DNA of 64,000 nucleotides from Trichosphaerium sp. ATCC 40318 (lineage: Eukaryota > Protista > Tubulinea), in the NCBI GenBank assembly GCA_038496445.1, contig JALMLS010000310.1, forward strand, positions 339,023 to 403,022, in the 5' to 3' direction. Below the pieces are notes generated by a model, which saw nothing but the letters and a program-made list of their open reading frames with translations, ran no database searches and had not been told where the DNA came from. Shown one piece after another: positions 1 through 12,665 of the stretch. Numbering within the stretch: the stretch's first letter is position 1; the number at the start of each line of letters is the position of its first letter. The position numbers were made by a program, and so were the translations under genes.

Positions 1-1358
1 CACATTTTTTTTTCAAGTTTTGTTTGTGGAATTACTCTTTTTTTTTTTTGTGGTAAATTTTGTTTTGTTTTCATACCTTATAAACAACGTCAAATGTTGG
101 TAAACCAAAAGCAAACTGAACAACAGTTACTTTTTCTTCTATACAAACATCCAAATGCTCATGATAATGAGGGAACATTGGTGTATCATAATCGCGCTTC
201 ATCCTCTTATTAGGTCTTTCAGCAAGCGTCGCTATAAGAAAGAAACACATAAGTACACAATAATGGCAACTAAATAAAACTAGAAGCTCGTTCACGAGCT
301 TAAAAAAAATGTGATAACCGACAGCAAACAACAAAATTTACGTAAAAACCGGTAAAGCGTAAAAAAAGGGAGCGCGAACCGGAGCGTTCTTGAGGGTTGT
401 AATACGTACGTTGTGCATCCATGTAACGAACAACACCTTTACCGTTATTATCCCTACAAGCTCTTTTTGTAGGTGCATGAGCATGACGAACATCAAAGTC
501 ATTATCATTGCCATTTGCAAGGTCAATTTTACCAAGCAATTGCTTTATATTAAAAATCTTTTCGTCCATTCCAACCATATCTCTTGCGTCTCTTTCATAT
601 GGTACAAGCAAATTTACACCGAATGGCTAAAACGGAGTTTAAGAACTACAGAAAAGTGCATAAGGAGAAATTGATTTTTTTTGTTGTAATTTTTTTCCGA
701 TAAAAAGGCAAAATTCTCATCTCCATACGGTGGAATTTGAATAAAAACCACTCTCATACGTTTAAAACATAGGTTTTTGTTTGTATGATGGGTTATAGTA
801 TAATACACAGACTTGGAATTGAGAATCGGATAAACACACCCAGAAAGAAAACTATACGCTAAAACCAAGTCGTACCTTCTTTGTTAACGCTTTAATTTGT
901 CTTATATTTGATCGGAGCTCGTCAGGCGACAAAATGCCTGCTCCAAATATTCCTAATCCGCCAGCGTTTGAAACAGCGGCAACGAGCTGTGGTGTGCCCA
1001 TTAGTTCATTCTACATGGTGTTAACTTTACACTCTTCGTTTTCGTTTAATCGCAGAAAAAGGGCGTTTACAATTCTACCCACCGGCAACGCAACGCAGAG
1101 TGCGTTGACAATTGCAATCAAACGTCAATTGAACGCAGATTGTTGTGGAATACAACAACAAGTTGTTCGTAAGTTCGAGAGAGCAAATTTTACGCAATGA
1201 GTTTGTTATACCGTATTATACGGTGTTTGACGTACTGTTATTGCCTGATTCATTGGTGCTAGTATTATTGGGTATTCAACGCCCAGTAGCTCTGAAACAC
1301 GCGTCTTAGGCCATGTGCGAAGCCCGCGAGGCACATTAGCTTGTGTTGAGGTGGTCAT
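1..1358 (-). CDS. Nitronate monooxygenase / FabK-like FMN-dependent oxidoreductase, spliced, 3' end runs off the left edge
   Basis: Hand-spliced exons from ATG 1358: MTTSTQ..ELLGVEYPIILAPM | NELMGTPQLVAAVSNAGGLGIFGAGILSPDELRSNIRQIKALTKK | PFGVNLLVP.. | ..EHLDVCIEEKVTVVQFAFGLP. These are the NMO family motifs; introns are GT..AG. Confidence 0.9.
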
Positions 1359-2109
1359 TAACAAAAATATGAGCTAATGCGTTGTTATCCTACTTAGCAT
1401 CGTATAATGCAACGCGAACTGCAATCATTTAATACGCAGTCGTAACTTAAAAAAACCGCGCTTAACGTACAAACCCGGCTGCAAGCCCCTTAAACTACGC
1501 GCTTGACGCTACTACCTTCACGAACGAGCAGTGTACGGAGTACAGTTTACGCTCGTAACCGCGTAACGGATGTCGGAAGAATTTCTGTACTAGACTCTCA
1601 ATACGCTTTAAACACGCTCCTTTACATGACATATCGTATTTTCTATGCTAGATATTACGGTGTATGCTCATTCTTACACTTCTCAACTTTTTTTATGTAA
1701 AATTGGTAAGTTTTTCCGAAAATTTACAACGGCTTTTGAACTTAGAACGGTTTTTTGTCAAGTTGTACAACCACTTGCTGGTACACATTGAAGGAGTTTC
1801 AATTAAATCAAAAAAATGCACACAAAAACGGGGAAATTAAAAAACTTTGCCCAAATCAGCTTACCATACTATCTATAATACCGCTGTAGCTAGTTGCTCG
1901 CGTGTACGGATTTTTTCTGCAACAATGCTGCGTTTAGTCAGGGTGAGGCGTATTTGCGTTCACAACGCTGGTGCCGTTTGGGAAACAGTATATATTGCTT
2001 GCTGGCGAAAAGTTTTTGAGTTTGGTCTAAGCGAGCAAGGAGGCTGACTTAGGACTGTTTGAGGTTTTTTTCAGTTTACACCTAAACTCTTTTGTTTTTG
2101 CTTGTAATA

Positions 2110-4517
2110 ATGTGGCAGTGGAGTGACGATGCTGGTGGGTGGAGGGATTATGATAAAGAGAGAAACAAAATTATTGAAACGGCGTTTCAAGCGAAACAGC
2201 CTTCAGCAGCTTTAACAATCAATGGAAACGCGTATAACGTTGTTTTTCAAAAAAAGGTGCTTATGAGAGTCCTCTGGGAGGAGTTCCTATCAAACCACTT
2301 TAAAATCATGTAATTACGCCTATTTAGATACGTCAAGTCCGTGTTGATGATAGTTTTTACTACAGAGACGTTCGTCGGTTAGTAGAGCAGGTAGGAACTA
2401 GAGGAAACAAAAAATAAACGTGATTTAAATAATTAAAGGCTGTAGGGTGAGAAGACTGTTGTGTGGGTAGACGACAACCCTCACAACAATGAAGGCCTTG
2501 TAAATGAAATTACAGCATCAGGTACTTAAAAAATTATGTTTCGCACGTGACTAACAAATTGTCCAGGTATTAAAGTAGTTCAGTTAAAATCAACTTGTGA
2601 AGCAATAAAGTACTTTCAACGCGATGATCTCAACACAGAAAATATGCGTGTTGTAAGTGATATGGCACGTGATGAGTTTAGTCCATCTTCAGACCGTAAA
2701 GAGATGATTACCACTGCTGGTGTTTTGCTTGCAAGACGTTTAGCTGTAGAACTTGACGTTGACGTATGCACTTTGTATTTTTTTTACTCTTCGATTTACT
2801 CAGTTTTGAAAGATACCTTACTTGATTTTTACTGGTGACTACTGGCAAGATATTATTAAAGAAAGATGGCCATTCATTAGATCATGCACTACAACACAAG
2901 AATGTAGGGATTTCATTACCTTCAAAGACTTGAGCCTTAGCGGTTTAGTAACGAACTTTGAAATGTGTATGTGCTTTAAAAAAAACAATAAGAGAAGCAC
3001 AACTAACACGATTTTAGACAGAGATCCAACCAGGAATGATAAAGAAGATTATCCATCATATTGGACACCATTCAGAGTAATTAAAACCGAAAACTAGCAC
3101 TCCACTTTGAACTAAAAGACTTTTTTAGGAACATGCTGATGTAGTAATCGACAACGCAACTGAAGAGTTTAAGTGTATAGATAGATTAATGAATGGAACT
3201 TTGAAGAAAAATCACGCGTATGGTGCGTACAGACGTGTGCCAAATGACTTACACCTCTACTTTTTTTGTTGATATTAACACGTGCAACCAAAACAGGCAA
3301 GTTAAACAACACGTTTCCATCAAAATATAAAGTGACACGTGTTGTTCGTCTGCAAGATGTAATGCAATGGAAGTTATATAATGTTCAGAGAGAGAAAATG
3401 CAAAGACAGCATAAAAAATACAGAGATACTCCAGGTACACCAACAAACATATCACCATCTGTTTAACAATTTCAAAAAAGGTTACAAAGAGACTTGCAAA
3501 CTACTTCGAGATAATCCTATCGAGACATCAAAATATAGCCAACAAGATATGAATAAAGATATAAGAGAAGTATACTTATTCCACGGAACAAATATATCAA
3601 CTACAATGAAGATAAAGGACCTTGGTTTTGATAACCGCGTTGGCAAAGTATCAGGTAAAATCAACTTTTTGATGTTTTTTGGATTTCTTGGTTCGAACGC
3701 TTAGATCCAATGCTCTTTAACGCACCAGCAATATTTTAAAAACCTATATACAAGATTAAAGCATCCGCACTGTATTTCCTAAGCGTCTTTACAATAAACC
3801 ACGTGACTAATGTTATTTATTAAAGGTATGTTCGGCGGAGGCGCATACTTTGCAGACGTTTCTAGTAAGGTAAGTCTAGCATTATATTAAATGATCACAA
3901 GTCAAATTAAACTAAATATACCCAACAGTCAGCACAGTATATACCTTGTTCTACTTGTGAAGGAGGCAACTACTTTAATAAAAAAAGGTGCACTTGCACG
4001 TGCAAAGAGGATCAAAAGGTACACAAGAAAAGAAAATACTAACCACAGCTACATTCAAAGAGAGCGTGGGCTATTACGAATACTAAATGAGGTGCTAGGA
4101 TTTGTGTATGATTGTTTCAAGGGTTTTACTTGGAGACTTTCATCTCGTTAAGAAGTACGATGAAAAGACATATAAAGGAACTACAAAGCATCCTGTGCGT
4201 ATATTGACGTGCTTTTTAGCATCTATAAATAAAGATGACGTTCATTAACGGAAAAAAAAACTAAAGCAAGCGTTAGGTTCGTCGTCCTCCTAACAAAGAG
4301 GGTTTAAATGGTATCACGTATGACTCTGTAGTCGCTGAGAGAAAGGAATGGGACGGATGTGTTGAATGGAGGGAGTTCGTGATTTACGACAGGTGCGTCG
4401 AATTGACGTGCTTTTTTTTTTGTTTTAGCGTAATTTATAGCGTCAACGCACTCACCGAAATGCTGTAGGAACCAGGCTTACGCCGAATACCTCGTTTATT
4501 ACAAACGAGTTTTGTAG
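2110..4517 (+). CDS. ADP-ribosyltransferase (PARP, tankyrase-like catalytic domain) with N-terminal WWE and receiver (REC)-like domains
   Basis: WWE: WQWSDDAGGWRDYD..IETAF. REC-like: VVWVDDNP..VVSDMAR..IPYLIFTG. PARP: YLFHGT, GMFGGGAYFADVSSKSAQY, WREFVIYDRNQAYAEYLVYY*. Many short introns. Confidence 0.88.
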
Positions 4518-5014
4518 CGTTTCAAATACGTCTTGAATGTTTTCTTAAAGTAGTACTAGATTCAAGGATAACAAATATACCATTGTTTAAACGATAAAAC
4601 GTAAAGTAACGTAAATTTTGAACCTTCTTTTTTTTTTTTCTTTATTACGGTAAACTACTTTTGTCTTCATGGAAACTACCAAACGACACATTCCTAAACT
4701 CCTAATGCCCCTAAATAATCAATTAAACATTACTACTAACAAAAAGGAGGTTGCTCAAATGAGGTTTTTCGGGTGAAATGCGAATTCGACATGCAAACCT
4801 AAATTTAGAAACCAGGTCAAAACCACTTACAGAAATTAGATATCACAAGACCTTAGTACCAATTTTAGCCTTGTACACACCCTCACTCATAATATTATAC
4901 CAAAAAAGCCTGTTTTGATCATAAAACAAGTTCACAAACTCACCAACCGTCGCAACAGGCTAGAATCATTTTATTTATTGTATTAACGCGTGGATACAAA
5001 CGTACTGCTTTAAA

Positions 5015-7127
5015 ATGTATCACAAGAAGATATTCAGTGGCGGTGGACGCGTTGGGCGTATAAAACACACGTCAGTAGACGCCGAATACCACAGTGCAGA
5101 CAAAATATATGCTATCAAAAGAAAGGCGAAAAGAAAGACTGTATCGGCACAAAGAAGAAAACTACCTTCATATATACTCACAGTAATAGTACAGCAAGGC
5201 GTTAACCTAATGGCAAAGGACTCAAACGGTACGGTCGGAGTGTAGTAACAATATTTCTCCATGATTTTCTTGTATTGCGTTTTTCGGGGTTTTTTGCAAC
5301 CTTTACTGATTTTAAAATAGGGCTGAGTGATCCTTTTGTTAAGCTATCAGTTGGTGCTATTAAATACAAGACAGCGATTATCAAAAAATCATTAAATCCA
5401 GTTTGGAAAACTGCTTTTTTTACATTGTGCGTACAAAATACAGACTTGCATCTTTTCCGCTACCGCTTTTTGACGCTTATAAATTACTAATTCATTCTCT
5501 TTTAGCGAACTTGAAAAGTTAGTAGGATCTCTATGCTTTACTGTTTATGATTTTGATAACTTTTCTCGAAACGACTTTATGGTACGTTTTTTTTTGTTGT
5601 TGTGCAATTACAATCACACGTGCTCTAATTGTTGGAGCTTTTCAAATTTATTTGTCTCCTAATATTAATAAAAAGGGAGAATATATAATCCCTTTGGAGA
5701 AAGTGAGACAATACCAAGGTGTACGTTATCTACACCTTCTTTCAAGATCAGGACAAAAAAATCAAGGATATGGTCAGCTTAAGGTAAAAATCAAGCTTGA
5801 TGGTTCTGCAGATCCGGAACCTATCCCAGAGATGACCCCTAAAAGACCAACACGTAAACTGCAGCTTTTACCAAAAGCACACATAGATGCAAAGAAGAAA
5901 AAGAAAAAAAGAAGAACCAGACCAAAAAAGAAGAAAAGTACTCCACGTGAAATGTTCAAAGCACAAACCGCAGTGAACATGACTGTACGATCTTCGCTAG
6001 AGTTCAAAGGTACTATATATACTACATTTTAAGTACCATGAGGCTTATGCTGGGGGTCTTAGTACTGTTTGTCGGAGACTACGCTGTTGGGAAGTCAACT
6101 TTGTGTCAAGTTTTAAACAACGAGATAAATGCAGCTGAGCTACCAACGGCAAAGCCGACTGTTGGTCAGGATTTTTATGTTAAAAAGTACGTGGGCAATC
6201 CTATAAATAGAAGTAACACTCTAAGACCGTTACCTAGGTATTTCGTTTACAATAAGTTTATAACCGTTCGTATCGTGGATACAGGTATACACTTTTTTTT
6301 TTCCTTTGTTTTCGTTTTGTAGTTACTAACCTACTTCTCCTAGCTGGTCAAGAGCGATTTAAGGCAATGTGCCAACAATTTTATAGAGGAGCACATGGCG
6401 CTGTAGTAATGTATGATATAACCCGCCTTGACTCTTTCGACAACGCCAGAAAGTACGGAAAAAACAATACAACGAGCTTTTTTTGTTGCGCTGCTTTAGG
6501 CTAACATTCCTTTCCAAAGTTGGATAACTGACGTGAGAGCTTATTCTGGAAATCCGTTGATACAAATTTTGCTAATTGGGAATAAGGTATGCAGTTTTAT
6601 TGAAAGAGTGACGCGAGACTTTTAACCTTTTTTTCTTCTTATTAAGTTATTAGAGTGATATGGCAAATAAACGTCAAGTTCCTTCTGAACGTGCAAAGAG
6701 ATTTGCACGTGAATGGCATATTAATTTTGTAGAAACAAGTAGTTTATCTCATGCTGCAGCAGAAATAACCTTTGATGTGGTACTGCAAGGTAGGTTTTTT
6801 AACTATTTATATCTTGTTTTCTAACTGTTTTTTTTCTGTTTAGATATTTGGTCTTTGTATAGTAAGATCGGTCTTCACGCCTTAAATCCTCAAGAAATGC
6901 ATATGGATAGGGCTGCATATGACGTATCAATGATGTCTTCGGAGGCTTTGGAGTTGTCTTTTTCAGACGATGAAGATAACTTGCCAGCGTTCCGTGGTCC
7001 TAGCCTACCTGAGGCTCCTCCTTCTCGGTTTTGGCATCCTAGACCAGAGACTACAAACGCACTTGTTGTAAAAAATACGCCTGAAAAAGAAGAGGAAGTT
7101 CAGTATGTCAAGTGCTGCGCAAACTAA
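5015..7127 (+). CDS. C2-domain / Rab-family small GTPase fusion protein with C-terminal CCxx prenylation motif
   Basis: C2: NLMAKDSNGLSDPFVK..SLNPVW..VYDFDNFSRNDFMG. Lys-rich linker. GTPase: GDYAVGKST, PTVGQDF, DTAGQERF, YRGAHG, LIGNKSD, ETSS. Ends KCCAN*. Confidence 0.88.
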
Positions 7128-7345
7128 CTTATTTCAAAAAAAAAAAAAAAGAACTGTACACAAAAAAAGATTGTAAATATTAGTCTGTTCACGTTATTTA
7201 GCGGTAGCGAGTACAATGAAAATTGCGTTCTCAGTTGCATTACCATTTCCACTTCACAACCTGAAGTATTGTCACGTGATAATGACTTATAGAACTCAAA
7301 AACTACCTTAACGAATTTTTGAGATATCGCCTGCCAAAAACCAGC

Positions 7346-9267
7346 ATGTCGCTGGAAAAAGGCAAGCAAGGGCTGCAAATAGCCCAGCAAAATCTTACAT
7401 CTATTGTGAAACAAGATAAGCATGGTACAACATACCAGGGAGAGGACTATTCTCGCCAATTACTACACGAACAAACAAGTAATGCAACTCCTGCGTTCGT
7501 ATACACAACAACCGCTCCGCCTGTACGATCATTTGCCCGTGAGGCGCTTTTGAGTCACCACTACCAAAATCAGCCGTTCTTTGACCACAACTTCACCAAT
7601 TGAATCAAAAGTTACCTTACGTACACTACATGTATTTACACGAAAATAGATTGCGTCAGGACACCCAGAAACAATGGTTGGCGGTAACTTATCATTAGGA
7701 GGTCAGCAAGGTGGTTTCCCGCACAATACAGCGTACAATCAACATGCAGCGCCAAGTACGCCAATTCTTCATTTCTCTATTCTTAACGGCCTGTTTCAGC
7801 ACAACTCCTTACCCATCAATACCCTACAACAGTACGTGGTTGTATTATTACCGTGACAAGTATCTAAAATCGCTTGCTGGCCTTATTTTGTTAGTTTTCT
7901 TCTTTTATCTAAAAATCTTTAGATTGCAGAAGACACAATGCCTTTAAACCCAATTGATGATACAGCAGCTATGGATGATGGTACGTTAAACTATATTCTT
8001 GCTGTGTTTGCGTTATTTAATGGTTTGGTGGTTAGAACTGAGCGCAAAACAACGAAAGAAAAAAAAACAAGAGAATCAAAAAAAATTGATCATGATTTTT
8101 CTTCGTGCTACGACTAAACAGACTGATGAAGCGCGGAATGTGGTATCTTGTCAAGAACAGAAACGCCCTCCTCTAGATAAAGCTAAATTATTCGGCATAT
8201 TCAGCCGTAACGTATGCGCAACATTTTTAGGGTTTTTTTTCAGTTTTCTAAAGGTTTTAGTTTCGTACTACACCTGAAATCTCCAAATCTGTTTTCTGGC
8301 GATACACTAAACAGGTATACACAAATAAGGCTGTTCATAAGGATAGGAAAACAGGTGGATACAAAGGTACGAAAGATTTTGTGAAAATGAAAAAAAAAAT
8401 ACCAAATGATCATTTTGACATTTATGTGACATCCTTGTTTTGTTTGACTTTTTTCGCTGTAATTTTGCTTACCTGTTTAAAAGGTTTCAGTGGGTTATGT
8501 TTTCGTAACCCAACGGATCCTCATGACTTGAATTTGATGCGTGACCATCTAACAAGAATAACGGCTTTTCTTGGCACTACTAAAGAGCAAGTGATTGCTG
8601 ACGTCATTGCTGCTGCACAGTCTCATGCAATGAAACAAGAACAGGGTGCAAGACGTACATATGGTAGTGGCGTGCGCCAAAAGCGCCAACATTCTGCTAT
8701 GGAATCTTACGATGAGATGGTAAGCTCGTTTTTCTCTTCACTGAATATTCTGTTGGACTCTTTTTTAATTTATTTCACCAGGAAGAGCCTGAATACAAAA
8801 GACAAAGAGTTGATGATTACGAGGGAATATCTGCTGCGCGTGCGCATCAATTAAGACAGCTTTTAACACCGACAGCACTCGAAGGACTAAAGTACAAAAA
8901 ATTCAGACACAATTCCTGTTTTGGTTTCTTACGGGTTTTACGTTAGGCTTTTAAATGATCCAAATATAGTCGCCGCTTTGCGAAGTTATAAAGAGGAGCT
9001 TGACCCCTCTGGTAATCTTCTCATACCAGAAACTAATAATGTGCCCCAACAGGAGCCTATGCGCGATCTAGGGCCTCAAATGGCTCAGACGTTATTGGAT
9101 ATGCAACAAGGTACAGATAGCGTGTTTTTTTTAGTGACGCAAGTTGCGAATTTACCTTTTTTGGTAATAACCCAAAATCTAACCTCTGTTAAGGTCAAAT
9201 CAACAACACAACACAAGCACCTCTTATACCAGAGGTTGTTGACTCGAGTTCAAAGCAACAGACATGA
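7346..9267 (+). CDS. Uncharacterised nuclear protein, possible RFX-like winged-helix transcription factor; 5' end uncertain (alternative ATG 7674)
   Basis: Spliced Q/P-rich exons, basic NLS-like stretch KQRKKKKQ, and core LDKAKLFGIFSRNFRTTPEISKSVFWRYTKQVYTNKAVHKDRKTGGYKGFSGLCFR whose pattern resembles the RFX DNA-binding domain. Confidence 0.45.
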
Positions 9268-9625
9268 TTTTAAAGCCTATTAAGCGAGTTAATCGAAGAA
9301 ATAATAATAGTATCAAAAAAAAACTTGGTAGCTACTTATTAATGCAAGACAAAAGAGTCACATCGTAAAGAGGCGTGTAGGAAAAGAAGGAGAAGAAAGA
9401 TTCACAACTAAAAAAAAAAATTGCCTTATTGTAAAAAAGGAAGTGACTTATTCATATCGCGTTATCGGTTTTTTTTTTGTAACAACGCACAACACGGATT
9501 TTATAAAAAAAGCTACCTCACGTTCTTATTGTGGCTATGATAAAAACGTAAAACGTTCATCCCCAAGCGGCGGAAGTTTCACGCAAAGAATTGTTTTTTT
9601 GTGTAGATAAAGAATTGGATTTGTG

Positions 9626-10857
9626 ATGCAAGATTATGAGTTTACAGCAATAACGGACGCTTTTGATGTTTTTGAAGATTCAACAGACGCTTTTCACAAA
9701 TCTCTCTGTATGTTCGATGATACACGATTTTCATACCCTGAGAGGCGTGAGAAGTGTACTACAAAACGGAGACGCGCCACAAACTCGTACGAGAATGAAA
9801 GGGTACATAAAACGCGAAGCTGTAGAGATTTGAGTACAGGGTACGTATATTTAGACGAACATATCTTTTTTATTCTAATGGAAAAAAATAGGCAGAGGCA
9901 AAACAAATTGCCCAAAACGGCTCGTCGCCGTCAAAATCGTGAGAGAGCGGCAACAACAAATCGTAGACGTAGAAGGCTTAGTTCTGATAAAAAAAGAAAA
10001 TATCCACCTCAAAATCGTTCTCTTCGCACTAGGCGTAGTTCACGTAGTTTCGATGGGTTCCTAAACGCTGAAGAAGAGACTAGAGAGGAAGATGTGGCAG
10101 CAACATACGTCAGATGGCCCAAACAAAGAAAAGTATTATCAGCCAGTGCTACACCACGTATGAACAAATCACGCGCCACTGGACGACCCCAAGCATCATC
10201 ACGTAAGGGAAGGACACCCAAACGGCCGAAATCACGATCGCGCAGTAATTCACCAAAACCTTCGAAGAGAAAATATGCCACTAAACAGCGCGCAAGCTCA
10301 TCTCCTGGACGATTTAAAGCGGTCTTTACAAATATAACACGTTTTTTAAGTCCAAGGCGATACAGACGTCACAGAGCAGTCTCAACGCCTACTACAATCA
10401 AAGAAGAACGTGAAGAAGAAAACCATGAAGAAAGTAAAATCACGGCAAGCGTGCGCCGATCTCGAAGTGCTGGCGATATCCGCGCTCAGAGGCGCCAAGA
10501 TGGCCTCGTACCTATAGTAGTGCAGCAAATTGGGAGGACATCACCAAGAACACATCACGTTAGTAATTACCGTAAAACTAACCACCTGACGATGAACTCG
10601 GTTCCCCGCAGGCCTAGGCGGCGTAAATCAATAATACGTAGACCCACGCGTGAGTCTGGGCCTCTATCACTTGATTTGAAGTCTGTAAGTAGAAGCAATA
10701 CGCTAGGTACCTTTTACAAACAAATCTTTCTTTTCTTATTGTTTATTAAGGTCCTATACGTGTAAAACAATCACCTAGAAGAACATTCAGCCCAGCAGAG
10801 GCATTTTTTAGCTTTGAGTCACTGCAGAGGATGGAAATACATAATTTACACGTTTAA
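9626..10857 (+). CDS. Arg/Ser/Lys-rich low-complexity basic protein of unknown function
   Basis: 380-aa ORF with many SP/RS motifs; probable in-frame intron 9841-9891 and a last intron at about 10707 leading to stop at 10857. Confidence 0.65.
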
Positions 10858-11316
10858 ACATAAAAACAAAATAATCAATGGTGTGCTTGACGTTAAAATA
10901 CTACTTGTCTCACCTCTAGTAGAATGTAAGAATAAATGTAGAATAAAAAAAATGTAAATATACAAAATGAACACTCGTTTTCGTTCAAGTTCGCAACTGA
11001 CTAGTTTGGAACATTGTTCTTCAAGTTATGGTGTTACGTTGTAAGCAGTAGTTCAACTCTACGAAGGCAGTCCCTGCAGACAGTCAATTGCCTTGATTAG
11101 TAAAAAGGAACTTACTAATCAGGTAATTGCCAGGTCAACCGTTTTCGCCCATGTTTTAGAAAAGCGTACAACAAAGCCGGAGTGTGCCATCTTGAGGTTA
11201 AAAGGCGTTCATTGTTCTTGTATTAGTGGCAAAGAGGCGGAGAATTGCTCCCAATGGCAACAAAACGCAAAGCATGCGTTTTAATCATATAGTAGTCCTA
11301 TTTAACAACTATATAG

Positions 11317-12588
11317 GTGAATACTACAAAATCGGGTTATGTTAACCTTCTACAGCTTCCAATAGAGCTACAACTTGATATTATCGATCTAGACTATGAA
11401 GTGTATACAAAGTGGCCTGTCTTATGCTCACAAGCGGCAACGAATACAAGGTTTGATGGCGACTTAGAAAAACACGGAAAATGGATGAAAAAGGGATATA
11501 AACAATACTATGCTAACACTCGCACTCAGTACACAAATACTGTGTTTAACCTTTGTAAAGATTCAAAAAGCTTTATGGAAACCATGAAAAAACGTTTAGA
11601 ATACATACCTGGCAGAGGAGGTAAGTTTGCTGAATCAAGACATCCAAAAATCCAAGACATACTCGAAGAATACTGGAGACATGGTAAGCTACATGGAGAG
11701 TTCAAGGGATGGCATGGACGAGAATATGGTATTGATGAAGATCAAATACTAGCAGAGCAAGGAAGTTACGTCGATGGTGAGCTTGATGGGGAGTATAAGT
11801 GCTGGGATGATGAAAATTTTGTGGTGAAGAAGTGTTACTTTGTAAATGGTAAACTTGAAGGAGAATATAAACTTTGGACTCCGGGTATTAAAGCTGATTG
11901 TATATCACAACGTGGTACTTTTGTTGATGATAAACTTAATGGAATATGTGAGTATTGGAATGGAGGTAGCATTAGTAAACAAGTGCACTATGTGAATGGG
12001 AAAAAAGAAGGATTATATCAGCTTTGGCATGATAATGACCAATTGGAGTATCAGACTACTTATATCAATGATGTAGAAGAAGGAAAGAGTAAGGGATGGG
12101 ATTATAATGGCCAATTGACACTTTTACAGTCTTTTTCTGGTGGTCATTCGCATGGAGAGTTTAAGAAATGGCATAGCAATGGATTAAAGTGCATGGAGTG
12201 TAGCTACATAAATGGTCAGCTAGATGGAGACTACAAGACGTGGAGTTACACTGGCCAACAGACTGTGCGATGTAATTACAAAAATGGTAAACTAGAAGGA
12301 CTTTATAACTGTTGGAATTACACTGGTGTGTTAGAACTTCAGATCAATTATGTACATGGTGAGCCAGATGGAGATTACAAGTGTTGGTACGACAATGGGC
12401 AATTAAAAAAGCAGTGCCATTATGTGAATGGTAAACAACATGGTCATTGCAAGCGTTGGTATGATGACGGGCAATTGAAAGAGCAGTGCAATTACGTCAA
12501 TAATAAACTAGACGGTGAGTACAAGAGTTGGGATGAAGAAGGTCACTTGAAAGAGCAGTGTAAGTACGTCAATGGTACAAAAGAATGA
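11317..12588 (+). CDS. MORN-variant (YwqK-like) repeat protein with F-box-like N-terminus, intronless
   Basis: Many ~24-aa repeats of type YxNGKLxGEYKxWYDNGQLKxQC; N-terminal LLQLPIELQLDII. The ORF starts GTG after ..tag, so the true start is uncertain. Confidence 0.85.
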   Translation: MNTTKSGYVNLLQLPIELQLDIIDLDYEVYTKWPVLCSQAATNTRFDGDLEKHGKWMKKGYKQYYANTRTQYTNTVFNLCKDSKSFMETMKKRLEYIPGRGGKFAESRHPKIQDILEEYWRHGKLHGEFKGWHGREYGIDEDQILAEQGSYVDGELDGEYKCWDDENFVVKKCYFVNGKLEGEYKLWTPGIKADCISQRGTFVDDKLNGICEYWNGGSISKQVHYVNGKKEGLYQLWHDNDQLEYQTTYINDVEEGKSKGWDYNGQLTLLQSFSGGHSHGEFKKWHSNGLKCMECSYINGQLDGDYKTWSYTGQQTVRCNYKNGKLEGLYNCWNYTGVLELQINYVHGEPDGDYKCWYDNGQLKKQCHYVNGKQHGHCKRWYDDGQLKEQCNYVNNKLDGEYKSWDEEGHLKEQCKYVNGTKE

Positions 12589-12665
12589 AGCACATAGCTT
12601 GTGAGAGATGTTGTTTTATTAAGTTTAAACACAAAATAAAGGTAGTATTAGTTGTATCAGTTGTT

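Noticed and set aside
934-1200. Plus-strand ORF MPAPNIPNPP.. and similar antisense ORFs (15200-15630, 16158-16621, 30876-31082, 33987-34193)
   Set aside because: They are shadows of real exons on the opposite strand.
11317-12588. Bacterial YwqK antitoxin or contaminant
   Set aside because: Flanked by intron-containing eukaryotic genes, has a paralog in the window, and no toxin partner or operon context.
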